IMG/VR virus record: IMGVR_UViG_3300005337_000019
Location: 18,991 to 82,990 of that record
Origin: a virus
DNA: 64,000 nucleotides
Strand: one strand, 5' to 3'
In this document: positions 9,070 to 17,578 of the stretch, in pieces
Layout of the letters: each line of letters begins with the position of its first letter
How positions within the stretch are numbered: position 1 is the first letter of the stretch
Notes under the pieces: model-generated
Told to the model about the DNA's origin: nothing
Databases searched by the model: none
Seen by the model: the letters and a program-made list of their open reading frames with translations, nothing else
Translations under genes and position numbers: made by a program

Positions 9070-9445
9070 CAAAGCAAAGCTCCTGGGCGGTTTGCTGGTA
9101 GACGCGAGGGGATCAAAGCTCGGGACGGAGACCAGACGAGACTACGGCGGGTCCTTCGCAAGCGACCCGCGGGGCGGTGACGCAATCGCCGACATGCGCA
9201 GACCAGCGCAGCGTCGCGGGTTCCTCAGAGAACCCGAGAATGGTTCGGCCGGTGAAACGCCGGCGCTGCACCGACAGGTAACGGGGCATACCCCGAGAGA
9301 GGCCGCGAATCACGTAACCGCCCGCGCGCGTCCGTGACCGTTCGGCCGTCGATTTGAACCCGCACGAGGGGCCGCCGGTGATTCGGCGGGACGTTCCGCT
9401 CGAGCGGGTTGTAGCGCCGCAGCGCGGAAGGCGGCGCAAGTTTTT
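9070..9445 (+). ncRNA. candidate large multi-helix ncRNA (about 375 nt)
   Basis: more than 10 consecutive or nested stems, two long-range pairings, 3' hairpin plus T-run; no convincing ORF. Confidence 0.6.
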
Positions 9446-9461
9446 CGACAGGAGGGACGAC

Positions 9462-10112
9462 ATGCAATTCCCCGAACGACCCACGTGCCACCAATCCGAC
9501 GTCCAGTCCATCGCCTTTCTCGGCAGAGAGCGTCCGAAAGAGTGGCCCGTCGACATGCCCGACTACAGGGATGCGAACGGTTTCCTCTGGCACACCGCCG
9601 GCGTGCGTCAGCACACCTACGAGCAGGTCGACGGCGAGTGGCGCGAGACGGGCGAGAAGTGGGAGGCCGAGCCGTTCCGCACGTGCGGCTACTGCGGATC
9701 GATCCACCCCGAGGACCTTCTCCGGTTCCTCGACGCCGGCGCGCAGCTCGGCGGCGCCGACTGGAAGTACGGATGGCCGCACAAGTTCTACGTCGAGAAC
9801 ATCCCGAACCCGCAGCCGGAGCGGCTGTACGTCATCAGCACGACGAGCCAGGGCAGCCGCGTGCTCGACGTGAAGTACGGCACGCGTCAGACCCTGCACG
9901 CGAAGTGGTACAACAACCACATCACCGACGATGGCTTCGACGACGAGGCCCGCGCGAAGCTCCTCGCCGCGCTCGAGCGCCACGCCGACATCGTTTTCGA
10001 GATCGTCGACGGGAAGCTCCACTACCGCGCGCCGTCCGCCGGCTACCAGCGCAGCAATCTGCCGTCGCTGCGCGACCTGCACAGCGAAGACGGCGACGTT
10101 CACCCGATCTGA
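9462..10112 (+). CDS. conserved-looking phage hypothetical protein (RTCGYCGSIHP motif)
   Basis: AGGAGG SD; strongly GC3-biased codons. Confidence 0.8.
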   Translation: MQFPERPTCHQSDVQSIAFLGRERPKEWPVDMPDYRDANGFLWHTAGVRQHTYEQVDGEWRETGEKWEAEPFRTCGYCGSIHPEDLLRFLDAGAQLGGADWKYGWPHKFYVENIPNPQPERLYVISTTSQGSRVLDVKYGTRQTLHAKWYNNHITDDGFDDEARAKLLAALERHADIVFEIVDGKLHYRAPSAGYQRSNLPSLRDLHSEDGDVHPI

Positions 10113-10122
10113 CGGAGGAGCT

Positions 10123-11013
10123 ATGGGCTGGAGCATTGGATTCGATGAACGGTGGCAACGCGATGTCGGCTACGGCGTGCCGGCGATCTGCGATCAACCG
10201 ACGTGCTTTGCGCCGATCGATCGCGGGCTCGCGCACGTCTGCGGCGAGCAACCGTTCGGAGGCGAGCACGGATGTGGCCTGTACTTCTGCGCCGACCATC
10301 TCGAGTACTCCCACCTGAGCGAAACCGACACGACGCGCTTGAGCCGTTGCGAGCGGTGCATCGCAGGGCGTGAACCATTCCGTCCCAAGGCCGACGTGCC
10401 GCGGTGGATCGCGTTCAAGCTCGCGGATGCGAGCTGGCAGCAATGGCGAGACGAGAACGCTGTCGAGGTCGCGCAGCTCCGCGCATTCCTCGCGGCAAAG
10501 GGGAAAGGCATGGATTTCGGCCGAGCACTCGCCGCGCTTCGGAGCGGCAACCGCGTCAAGCGTTCCGGATGGAACGGAGAACCGCTGGATCTCGTGCTCA
10601 AGACGAGCGCGGAAGTCGAACTGTCGTGCATCTACATGCGGATGGCGAGCGGTGATCAGTTCCCGTGGATTTCGCCGCAAGCCGACCTGCTCGCGTTCGA
10701 CTGGTCGATCGTCGCGCCGGAGGGCGTCGAAGACACGCTGCTCGTGTGCTCGGCCGATTCGCGCAACGCCGTCACGATCACCATGGTGATCGCTGGACGC
10801 CGCTTCGACGTGATCGCGCAGACCACCGCGAACCTCCTGGCGTGCGCTCTGGAAGCCACCTCGCTCGAGCAGTACGACTGGCCCGTGATCGAGGTGCGCT
10901 TCGAAGACGGCACGTCCGCGACTCCGAGCACGCGCATCAGCGATGTGCTCGGCCGCGGCGTCATCTTCGTGAATGCGCCGCCGTCACGCGACGCCGTGCA
11001 GGTCAAGGCATGA
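10123..11013 (+). CDS. three-domain protein: Cys-rich N-domain + Tad2/DUF2829-like domain + possible ubiquitin-like domain
   Basis: GGAGG SD; MDFGRALAALRSGNRVKRSGWNG...PWISPQADLLAFDWSIV at 10510-10713 matches the Tad2/DUF2829 pattern. Confidence 0.75.
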   Translation: MGWSIGFDERWQRDVGYGVPAICDQPTCFAPIDRGLAHVCGEQPFGGEHGCGLYFCADHLEYSHLSETDTTRLSRCERCIAGREPFRPKADVPRWIAFKLADASWQQWRDENAVEVAQLRAFLAAKGKGMDFGRALAALRSGNRVKRSGWNGEPLDLVLKTSAEVELSCIYMRMASGDQFPWISPQADLLAFDWSIVAPEGVEDTLLVCSADSRNAVTITMVIAGRRFDVIAQTTANLLACALEATSLEQYDWPVIEVRFEDGTSATPSTRISDVLGRGVIFVNAPPSRDAVQVKA

Positions 11014-11155
11014 GCGACGACGCCAAGCAAATCCGTTGTGACCACTGCCGCAAGCAAACGCCGGCGAACGACGCGATCGGTTGCGCACTGCTCTACTGCG
11101 AGACGTGGTTCTGCAGCAAGGAATGCCGCAACGCGCATCGCATGCAGGAGCACTG

Positions 11156-11494
11156 ATGAGATACCGCGACCACCGCGGGGGCTTGGGGGAATCTCTTGCG
11201 ACGCAACGGGAAGTGAGTACGTGGGACGAGTTGGTCGCCACGGTTCGCGATGCGTTGCGTGGGTGGTTCGTTTTCGAGGATTCGGCGCTTCATGTCGAGG
11301 CGTACGGCGGCGATGACGATCGCATTGGATGGAAGGACGTGCAGATCGTAACCGTCGACGGATGGGGGCCTGTCGGATTCGTGGAATGGGGCGACGCGCT
11401 CAGCCGGCCAGGCGCAAGCGAGAAGGAGAAGCGCACAGCGGAACGCCGCCGCGCTGTCGCTTTGGCGCGTGAGCGCATTTACCGAACGGGATGA
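11156..11494 (+). CDS. hypothetical protein
   Basis: AGGAG SD; YRDHRGGL...DDRIGW. Confidence 0.65.
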   Translation: MRYRDHRGGLGESLATQREVSTWDELVATVRDALRGWFVFEDSALHVEAYGGDDDRIGWKDVQIVTVDGWGPVGFVEWGDALSRPGASEKEKRTAERRRAVALARERIYRTG

Positions 11495-11856
11495 CAGTGA
11501 TGCCGCTCATATTCGAAGATCCGGAGCTCTTCGCACGACGCCGCGACCGCGCGATGCTTGCGCTGATCGAATTCATCCACTGGAACATGCTGACGGAGCT
11601 CGGATGGCCTGGCGCTGTCGTGCAACTTGAGGCGGCCCGTGACGAGATGCCGGATTTGTTCGTACTCGAGCTCCTACGCTACGAGGAGCGCCACCGCCGG
11701 ATCCCGGTCGTCGACATCGACGAGGTGATCGCGTGCGCCGAGGAATGGCCGGAGATCGCGCACCAGCACGGCTACACGAACGGCATCGTCGTCGGCGTCG
11801 AAGTCATCCGCGCCGTGCGGGCGGACGGCACGCCGATTCGAAACGAGGACTGGTGA
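11491..11856 (+). CDS. hypothetical protein
   Basis: ATGA coupling. Confidence 0.6.
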   Translation: MTVMPLIFEDPELFARRRDRAMLALIEFIHWNMLTELGWPGAVVQLEAARDEMPDLFVLELLRYEERHRRIPVVDIDEVIACAEEWPEIAHQHGYTNGIVVGVEVIRAVRADGTPIRNEDW

Positions 11857-11861
11857 CCCGG

Positions 11862-12272
11862 ATGAAGCGTTTCGCGATGAGCCCCGAGCAGCTAGAACGG
11901 TTGTACGCGGCCAGCAGACCGGTGATGTGCATCGTCGGAACGTGGCCCGGCCCTGTTCCACCAAGTCCCCAGGAGAACGCGAACCGCTTCTGGCAGCAGC
12001 TCGGCGACGAGATGGGTTTCGCATGGGAGACAGCGCGACCCATTGCCGGCGAGCCGGATTCGATTTTCGAGGCTGAAGAGACGCTTCTACATGCGGTCCG
12101 CAGCCGCGACGGTGTGCCGCCCGATGAACCCGCGCGCGTCGTGACGCTGATGAAGTGCGGCGGGGATGGCTGTTGGGCTTGCGCAGCAGGGGAGCCGCAA
12201 TCCGTGCTCGCCACGAAAGACGAGTGGGAGGCCGCCGTTCGAAAGCTCGGGTCGAACCCCGTCGACGTGTAG
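11862..12272 (+). CDS. hypothetical protein
   Basis: GAGGA SD; start uncertain. Confidence 0.55.
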   Translation: MKRFAMSPEQLERLYAASRPVMCIVGTWPGPVPPSPQENANRFWQQLGDEMGFAWETARPIAGEPDSIFEAEETLLHAVRSRDGVPPDEPARVVTLMKCGGDGCWACAAGEPQSVLATKDEWEAAVRKLGSNPVDV

Positions 12273-12560
12273 GCCCATGCCGGTTGATGTTGAACTGCTC
12301 GGCCGCCCGCGCTCATGCCGCTTCCGCGGCCTTCCGCCGCCCGCTGGCGCCGTCTTGCGCGCGCGCCGCGCCTGGTACGTCGTGCTCGCCGTCCGCGCGA
12401 CGCGCAGCACCGATTACCCGTCGAATCTGACCATCGGCCGCATCACCGAGACCACAGCGCGATCGCTCGCTGCCGCCGGCGCGCCGCGGTGGTCATTTGC
12501 ATGGGACCGCGGCCGCCGGCGAAAAGTCTGACGGAAACTCTCGCGAGTTTCCCGGAAACA

Positions 12561-12761
12561 TCAGCGTTTGTATCGCTCGATCGCGTCGATGTGCGTCCGC
12601 GCGATGCTGCACGGTTTGCGCGGACTGCACGTGGCGCAGGTCTGCTCGTGGTCGCGGAGCTCGCGGCGGGCGTGCTCGCAGCGGCGGCGGGCCTCGAGAT
12701 CGCTGATGCTACGCGGTGGGCGGGCGGGGGCGGTTGCCTTGCGGCGCGTCGTGTTTTTCAT
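12561..12761 (-). CDS. small H-C-C-C zinc-binding protein, paralog of 4334..4537
   Basis: LRDHEQTCATCSPRKPCS. Confidence 0.65.
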   Translation of the reverse strand: MKNTTRRKATAPARPPRSISDLEARRRCEHARRELRDHEQTCATCSPRKPCSIARTHIDAIERYKR

Positions 12762-13017
12762 GCTTCTACAGACACGGCCACGCCGGGAAGGTGGCGCGGC
12801 ACGATCTAGATTCTTCTATGACCCCATAGAAGCGAGAGCAGCTATCATCCCGGACGGCGAAGCGCGCTGCATGGCGGCGCGGGTGTCCAGCGGTCGACGC
12901 CGTAACATTCGTGGCGGGCTCACTCGACGGAGCCGACAGCTACGGGCGCGTGGACGACAAGCGAGACGATTCCCCGGTGCAGCGCGTGAGCCTCCAACTT
13001 TGCTACGCTGGCGGCCG

Positions 13018-13854
13018 ATGAAGGGCGTCATCCTCTCCCACGTCGAGCAGGTCGAATACATGAAGGAGCGTGCGCGTCAGCTCGCCGCCGAGATGGCGTC
13101 GAAGCTCGATCCGCGCGAGGCCGTCAGCGATCCCGCCGCATTCGTTGAACGCCTGCTGATCGCACTCCTGGCAGTACTCGGCCCTGACGCCGTCGCGCTC
13201 GCGCGTGACGCCGCGGAGTACGCCGCGCAGCTCGGTCTCCCGACACTCTCGGCCGACCGCGTGAAGGAAGTGACAGCAGAAGCCGAGCGTCGCTTCTATG
13301 CCTCCGCCGCGCCGGCGCTGAAGGATGTCGTTTTGCAGATCGCTGCCCGCGTTGGCGACATCGCGGCCGCCGGCGTCGCGCTCCCGATTGCCGCTGCGGC
13401 CCTCGGCACCATCGCCACTCAGGCGGCCCTGCTCGCGCCGCTGACCGGCGTGGCGAAGCGCCTGTCCGCGAGCTACATGCAGTTCGTCGAGCGCGACGTG
13501 AACGACGCCGCGGCCAACGATCTGCTCGAGCGGTCAGCAACTGACCGGAAGTTCGCGGAAACGCGGACGTTCACGTGGATCGCGGTCATGGACCGCAACA
13601 CGTGCGACAGCGAGGCGAAGGACGCATTCAACCACGCATGCGCGCCACGGCACGGGCACATGGCCGACATCGGAACATGGCGCGCGTACGGGCTTCCCGG
13701 CTCGCCGGTGCTCATCTGCTCGATGCACGCGCCCCGTGGCGCAAGCCCGTGCCGATGCATCGTGGCCGACAGCGAAGTCGTGGGCGGACTCGGGCCGATC
13801 GACGCTTCGGAAGCCGTCAAACGCGGCCGCGATCGCGCGCGCCCGGCTCGCTGA
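13018..13854 (+). CDS. head morphogenesis / minor capsid protein (Mu gpF / SPP1 gp7-like)
   Basis: FTWIAVMDRNTC...CAPRHG...PCRC C-terminal signature; upstream of scaffold and capsid. Confidence 0.75.
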   Translation: MKGVILSHVEQVEYMKERARQLAAEMASKLDPREAVSDPAAFVERLLIALLAVLGPDAVALARDAAEYAAQLGLPTLSADRVKEVTAEAERRFYASAAPALKDVVLQIAARVGDIAAAGVALPIAAAALGTIATQAALLAPLTGVAKRLSASYMQFVERDVNDAAANDLLERSATDRKFAETRTFTWIAVMDRNTCDSEAKDAFNHACAPRHGHMADIGTWRAYGLPGSPVLICSMHAPRGASPCRCIVADSEVVGGLGPIDASEAVKRGRDRARPAR

Positions 13855-14054
13855 GCGGTTATACGTGATGTGAAATCGTCACGATAACCCGCATTCAACA
13901 TCACGACGAATATTCGTGCGGCCCCGCGCAAACGCTCCAAACGAAAGACTTGCAAAGTCTCCCCCCACTTGTGGCACCGTCGTCACATCCGGTTGAGGCT
14001 GGGCCTCCACCAATCGTCCAAAAGCGGTTCAAAAAGTTCGGAGGATTTCACCGC

Positions 14055-14972
14055 ATGCGTGACCTGCATCTGCGCTCGGGCTGGGCCCATTTCCGCGCAA
14101 CCATGGCTGAGCCTTTCACTCGTCGTCGGTCGTCGTTTCTCGGGGCTCCGCTCCAAGTAGAGGGCGAGCCGGGGAGTGGTGGCGGCGGTGGTGGCGGAAA
14201 CGGAAACGGCGGCGGGGGCGGCGAGGGCAACAACGGCGGCGGCGACGGCGGGGCCGGCGGCGCGGGCGGTGAAGACGAAGCGGCCAAACGTGCCGCGCAG
14301 GACAAAAAGCTCACCGAGGAAGCGGCGGCGTGGCGTCTCAAGTATCGCGGTGCGGAATCCCGCATCAAAGAGCTCGAGGACGCGCACAACGCATCCAAGG
14401 CGGCGCTGGAAGCACAGATCGAGGAGCTGCGTTCGCGCGGCGGCAGCGGCAAGGACACCAACCCCCAGGGTGGAGCTGGCGCGCAGCCGATCGAATCGCA
14501 CCCCGAGTTTCTGAAGATTCAGCGCACCGTCAAAGAGCTCAGCGACAACCTGCGCACCGAGCGCGAAACCCTCGCGAATGAGCGCAAGGCGCTCCGCACC
14601 GAGAAGATTCAGCGCGCGGTTTCCGAAGTCACCGGCGAGGGCAAGTTCCTCATGCAGGGTGTCTTCCGGAAGATGCTCACCGACCGGGTGGACATCGCGA
14701 AGGACGGCGCTGTCGTCCTGAAAGTCCCGAACGAAGTGGGCGGCACGGACGATGTCCCGTTCACGCTGCAGAACGTCCTGAAGTACCGCCCGATCGAGGA
14801 GTTCGACAGCTTCCTGCCGTCGAACGGCTCGGCCGGTTCGGGCTCCGGCGGCGGCAACGGCAACGGCGGCGGCAACGCTTCCGATGGTGTGGACTGGGCG
14901 AAGGTGAACGCCAACGATCTCGATTACATCCAGAAAAACATGACCAAGATTACCGCTGCATTGGGTCGGTAG
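14055..14972 (+). CDS. capsid scaffolding protein
   Basis: GGAGGA SD; Gly-rich N-terminus, EAAAWRLKYR coiled coil, GSGSGGG tail; directly before capsid. Confidence 0.8.
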   Translation: MRDLHLRSGWAHFRATMAEPFTRRRSSFLGAPLQVEGEPGSGGGGGGGNGNGGGGGEGNNGGGDGGAGGAGGEDEAAKRAAQDKKLTEEAAAWRLKYRGAESRIKELEDAHNASKAALEAQIEELRSRGGSGKDTNPQGGAGAQPIESHPEFLKIQRTVKELSDNLRTERETLANERKALRTEKIQRAVSEVTGEGKFLMQGVFRKMLTDRVDIAKDGAVVLKVPNEVGGTDDVPFTLQNVLKYRPIEEFDSFLPSNGSAGSGSGGGNGNGGGNASDGVDWAKVNANDLDYIQKNMTKITAALGR

Positions 14973-15031
14973 GGCCTACCCCACGCTGCGCTGATCTCCA
15001 ACAAATCGAAAGAGTTAGGAGATAACGCATC

Positions 15032-16252
15032 ATGGCTAACCAGTTCGCAAACATTGCCGAACAGATCAACTTCTTCGGCAACCTCGTTCTCATCCAGCTC
15101 CGCCAGGAGCTCGGCCTCGTCAACCGCGTCAACCGCAACTACCGCGGCGCCGCCGAGGCGTCCGGATCGACCGTCACGGTTCCGACCATCGACATGAGCG
15201 GGACCGCGCAGACGCGCGCCGTGGGTGGCGGCGTCACGCGCAACTCCGGTGCGTCGAAGCTCACCAGCGTGACGATGCAGCAGGTCACGTACTCGTGGGA
15301 CCTCGACAACCTGCAGCAGACTTTCAGCAACGTCAACCTGATGCTCGAGATGGCGCAGCGCGGCGCGATCAAGATGGCCGATGGCATCGAGGGCATGATC
15401 TCGGGCCTGTGGCCGATGATCCCGTACCGCGTCGGCACGCTCGACGGCAGCGCGGCGTTCAACTCCACCGACAAGGTCAAGGAATTCGCCCGCGCGAAGA
15501 AGGTCCTCAAGGACAACCTCGCCCCGGTCGACCGCCTCTTCTCGATCCTCGGCACCACCGAGGAGTTCAATCTCACCACGCTCGACATCTACACGCAGGC
15601 GCAGCAGTCGGGCGACCCGACGCAGCTCCGCACCGGCGCGCTGAAGCCGATCCTCGGCATTCAGCCGTACACGTCGCAGGCGGTGCCGACGAATATCGCC
15701 TTCACCTCCGTCGCCGACTGGGGTACGCCGACCATCTCGGGCACGCCCGCGATCGGCTCGACGACCATCAACATCGCCGGCGCCGGCGCGTCGAAGACGC
15801 TCACCAAGGGCAGCATCATCACCATCGTCGGCGGCGGCACCACGCCGCACGGTGACCCGCAGCCGTACTCGCTGACGGCCGACGCCACCTCCAGCGGCGG
15901 CGGCGCCGCGACGCTCTCCATCTCGCCGGCGCTCAAGGGCGCTCCGTCGAATGGTGCGGCGATCACGCCGGTGGCGCACACCAACACCCATTCCATCAAC
16001 CTCGTGGCCGACCCGGCCGCGTACCTGCTCGTCATCCGCCCGCAGGCGGATTTCGTTCCGGGCGCCGGCGTGCTGTCGACCACGTTCACCGATCCGGATT
16101 CGGGGCTGACGTTCCGCCTGCACATCGAGGCGAACGTCGCGCGCGACACCGACGCGGGCCGCGCGTACACGCAGGTTATGACGCTCGACATTCTCGCCGG
16201 CGTCAACATCATCCGTCCCGAGCTGGCGGTGCGTTTCGAGGGCGAAGCGTAA
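15032..16252 (+). CDS. major capsid protein (P22 coat protein gp5-like, HK97 fold with insertion domain)
   Basis: LVNRVNRNY...GSTVTVP; C-terminal TLDILAGVNIIRPELAVR; beta-rich I-domain-like insertion. Confidence 0.9.
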   Translation: MANQFANIAEQINFFGNLVLIQLRQELGLVNRVNRNYRGAAEASGSTVTVPTIDMSGTAQTRAVGGGVTRNSGASKLTSVTMQQVTYSWDLDNLQQTFSNVNLMLEMAQRGAIKMADGIEGMISGLWPMIPYRVGTLDGSAAFNSTDKVKEFARAKKVLKDNLAPVDRLFSILGTTEEFNLTTLDIYTQAQQSGDPTQLRTGALKPILGIQPYTSQAVPTNIAFTSVADWGTPTISGTPAIGSTTINIAGAGASKTLTKGSIITIVGGGTTPHGDPQPYSLTADATSSGGGAATLSISPALKGAPSNGAAITPVAHTNTHSINLVADPAAYLLVIRPQADFVPGAGVLSTTFTDPDSGLTFRLHIEANVARDTDAGRAYTQVMTLDILAGVNIIRPELAVRFEGEA

Positions 16253-16287
16253 AGCCGGTGAACCGTTTTCTTTCGTTCGCAGTTCGC

Positions 16288-16323
16288 ACGGCGGGGGTCT
16301 CAGGCTCCCGCCGTTGCGTTTTT
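16288..16323 (+). terminator. intrinsic terminator after capsid gene
   Basis: ACGGCGGGGGTC-TCA-GGCTCCCGCCGT followed by TGCGTTTTT. Confidence 0.7.
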
Positions 16324-16337
16324 CCGGGAGGCTACTG

Positions 16338-17069
16338 ATGTCGTCGAACGAGCAATCGAAGCCCGCTGCTGCCCCGTCCCCCGCCAGAGTCGGCTCGAAG
16401 CCGAACCTCGAAATGTCGGAGAAGGCGCTGAACCTCGTCCTGCAGTTCGAAGGATTCGACGAGGGCGGATGGCCTGGCGGTGCATCCGGAATCACGATCG
16501 GATACGGCTACGATCTCGGCTACCACACCCTCGGGCAGTTCGGGGCAGATTGGCGTCTGCGCCTCTCGGTCAACGATTTTCAGATTCTCCGGGCGCTCGT
16601 CGGTATCACGGGCACCCGCGCGCGCGACCGGGCTCGCTCGGCCCGCGGCGTCACCATCAAGCGCGACGACGCCCGTGCAGTATTCGCCACCTCGTCGATC
16701 CCGCGTGCGATCGCGGCGACGCTGGAAGCGTTTCCGGGCGCCGAGAAGTTGCCGGCCGATGCCGCCGGCGCGCTCATCTCGCTCGTCTTCAACCGCGGCG
16801 GTCGGATGAACGACCGCGATGAGCGCCTACAAGAGCGCCGTGAGATGCGTGCAATTCGCGATGTCGTCGGGGCTTTCAGCGCCGGCGCCAGAGCGGAAAG
16901 CGAGGCCCTCATGGAGATCGCGATGCAACTCCGCTCCATGACGCGCCTCTGGGAGGGGGCGAACCTGGGTGGCCTCATTCGCCGGCGCGAGGCAGAGGCC
17001 GCCCTGGTTGAATCCTGCATCACGGGCGTCGGCGCGCCCGCCAAATCGAACGCTGCCCGGTCGTCGTAA
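16338..17069 (+). CDS. endolysin, pesticin C-terminal-like muramidase (lysozyme fold)
   Basis: FEG...SGITIGYGYDLG, ALISLVFNRG, GLIRRREAEA. Confidence 0.85.
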   Translation: MSSNEQSKPAAAPSPARVGSKPNLEMSEKALNLVLQFEGFDEGGWPGGASGITIGYGYDLGYHTLGQFGADWRLRLSVNDFQILRALVGITGTRARDRARSARGVTIKRDDARAVFATSSIPRAIAATLEAFPGAEKLPADAAGALISLVFNRGGRMNDRDERLQERREMRAIRDVVGAFSAGARAESEALMEIAMQLRSMTRLWEGANLGGLIRRREAEAALVESCITGVGAPAKSNAARSS

Positions 17070-17096
17070 CCGGGCTCGAAACGCATCGGAGGTACC

Positions 17097-17555
17097 GTGA
17101 AGAACCCGCTCAAAGCATCGCTCCTCGTCATCTACTCGCTCGCATTCGTGCTCCTGACCAGTTGCAGGAGCGGCAGCGGCGCCGCGCCGCATGTCACGCC
17201 CGACCAGATCATCACCGTCGCAAAGCTCGGCGCGCACTTCGCCGGCGAGACCTACATCAATCAGCATTGCAAGGACGGGCTTTTCGCCGGCGTGCCGTGC
17301 GATGAGGCGGCGGCGCAACTGGCGGCGACCATCGATACGCTCGCCGCGGATGCGCAGCCCGGCGGAGTCGTGGATCCGGCATCGCGAGAGGCGACGCGCC
17401 ACGCGGCCGCGACGCAATTCGCTCGATCACTGCATCCCGAAGATTTCGCCGGCACGGACGACGCTGCGAAGGAGCGCCAGGCGAGGGACATCGCTGCGGT
17501 GCGGCCGATCGTGAACGTGATCGGCGACGCCTTCCTCCTCGCTCTCGGCAAGTAG
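17097..17555 (+). CDS. lipoprotein in the lysis cassette
   Basis: GGAGG SD; signal peptide with lipobox LLTS-C. Confidence 0.7.
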   Translation: MKNPLKASLLVIYSLAFVLLTSCRSGSGAAPHVTPDQIITVAKLGAHFAGETYINQHCKDGLFAGVPCDEAAAQLAATIDTLAADAQPGGVVDPASREATRHAAATQFARSLHPEDFAGTDDAAKERQARDIAAVRPIVNVIGDAFLLALGK

Positions 17556-17578
17556 TCGCCGTACCCGCGGGAGTCGAC

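Noticed and set aside
9136-9146. GAGACTA resembling the group I intron R element
   Set aside because: No complementary TAGTC (S element) downstream and no interrupted gene.
13849-13876. Possible dif site (TGATGTGAAAT is 9/11 to the XerD arm)
   Set aside because: No acceptable XerC arm at the 6-bp spacing. A similar half-match, GCGCATAA near 23080, lacks the XerD arm.
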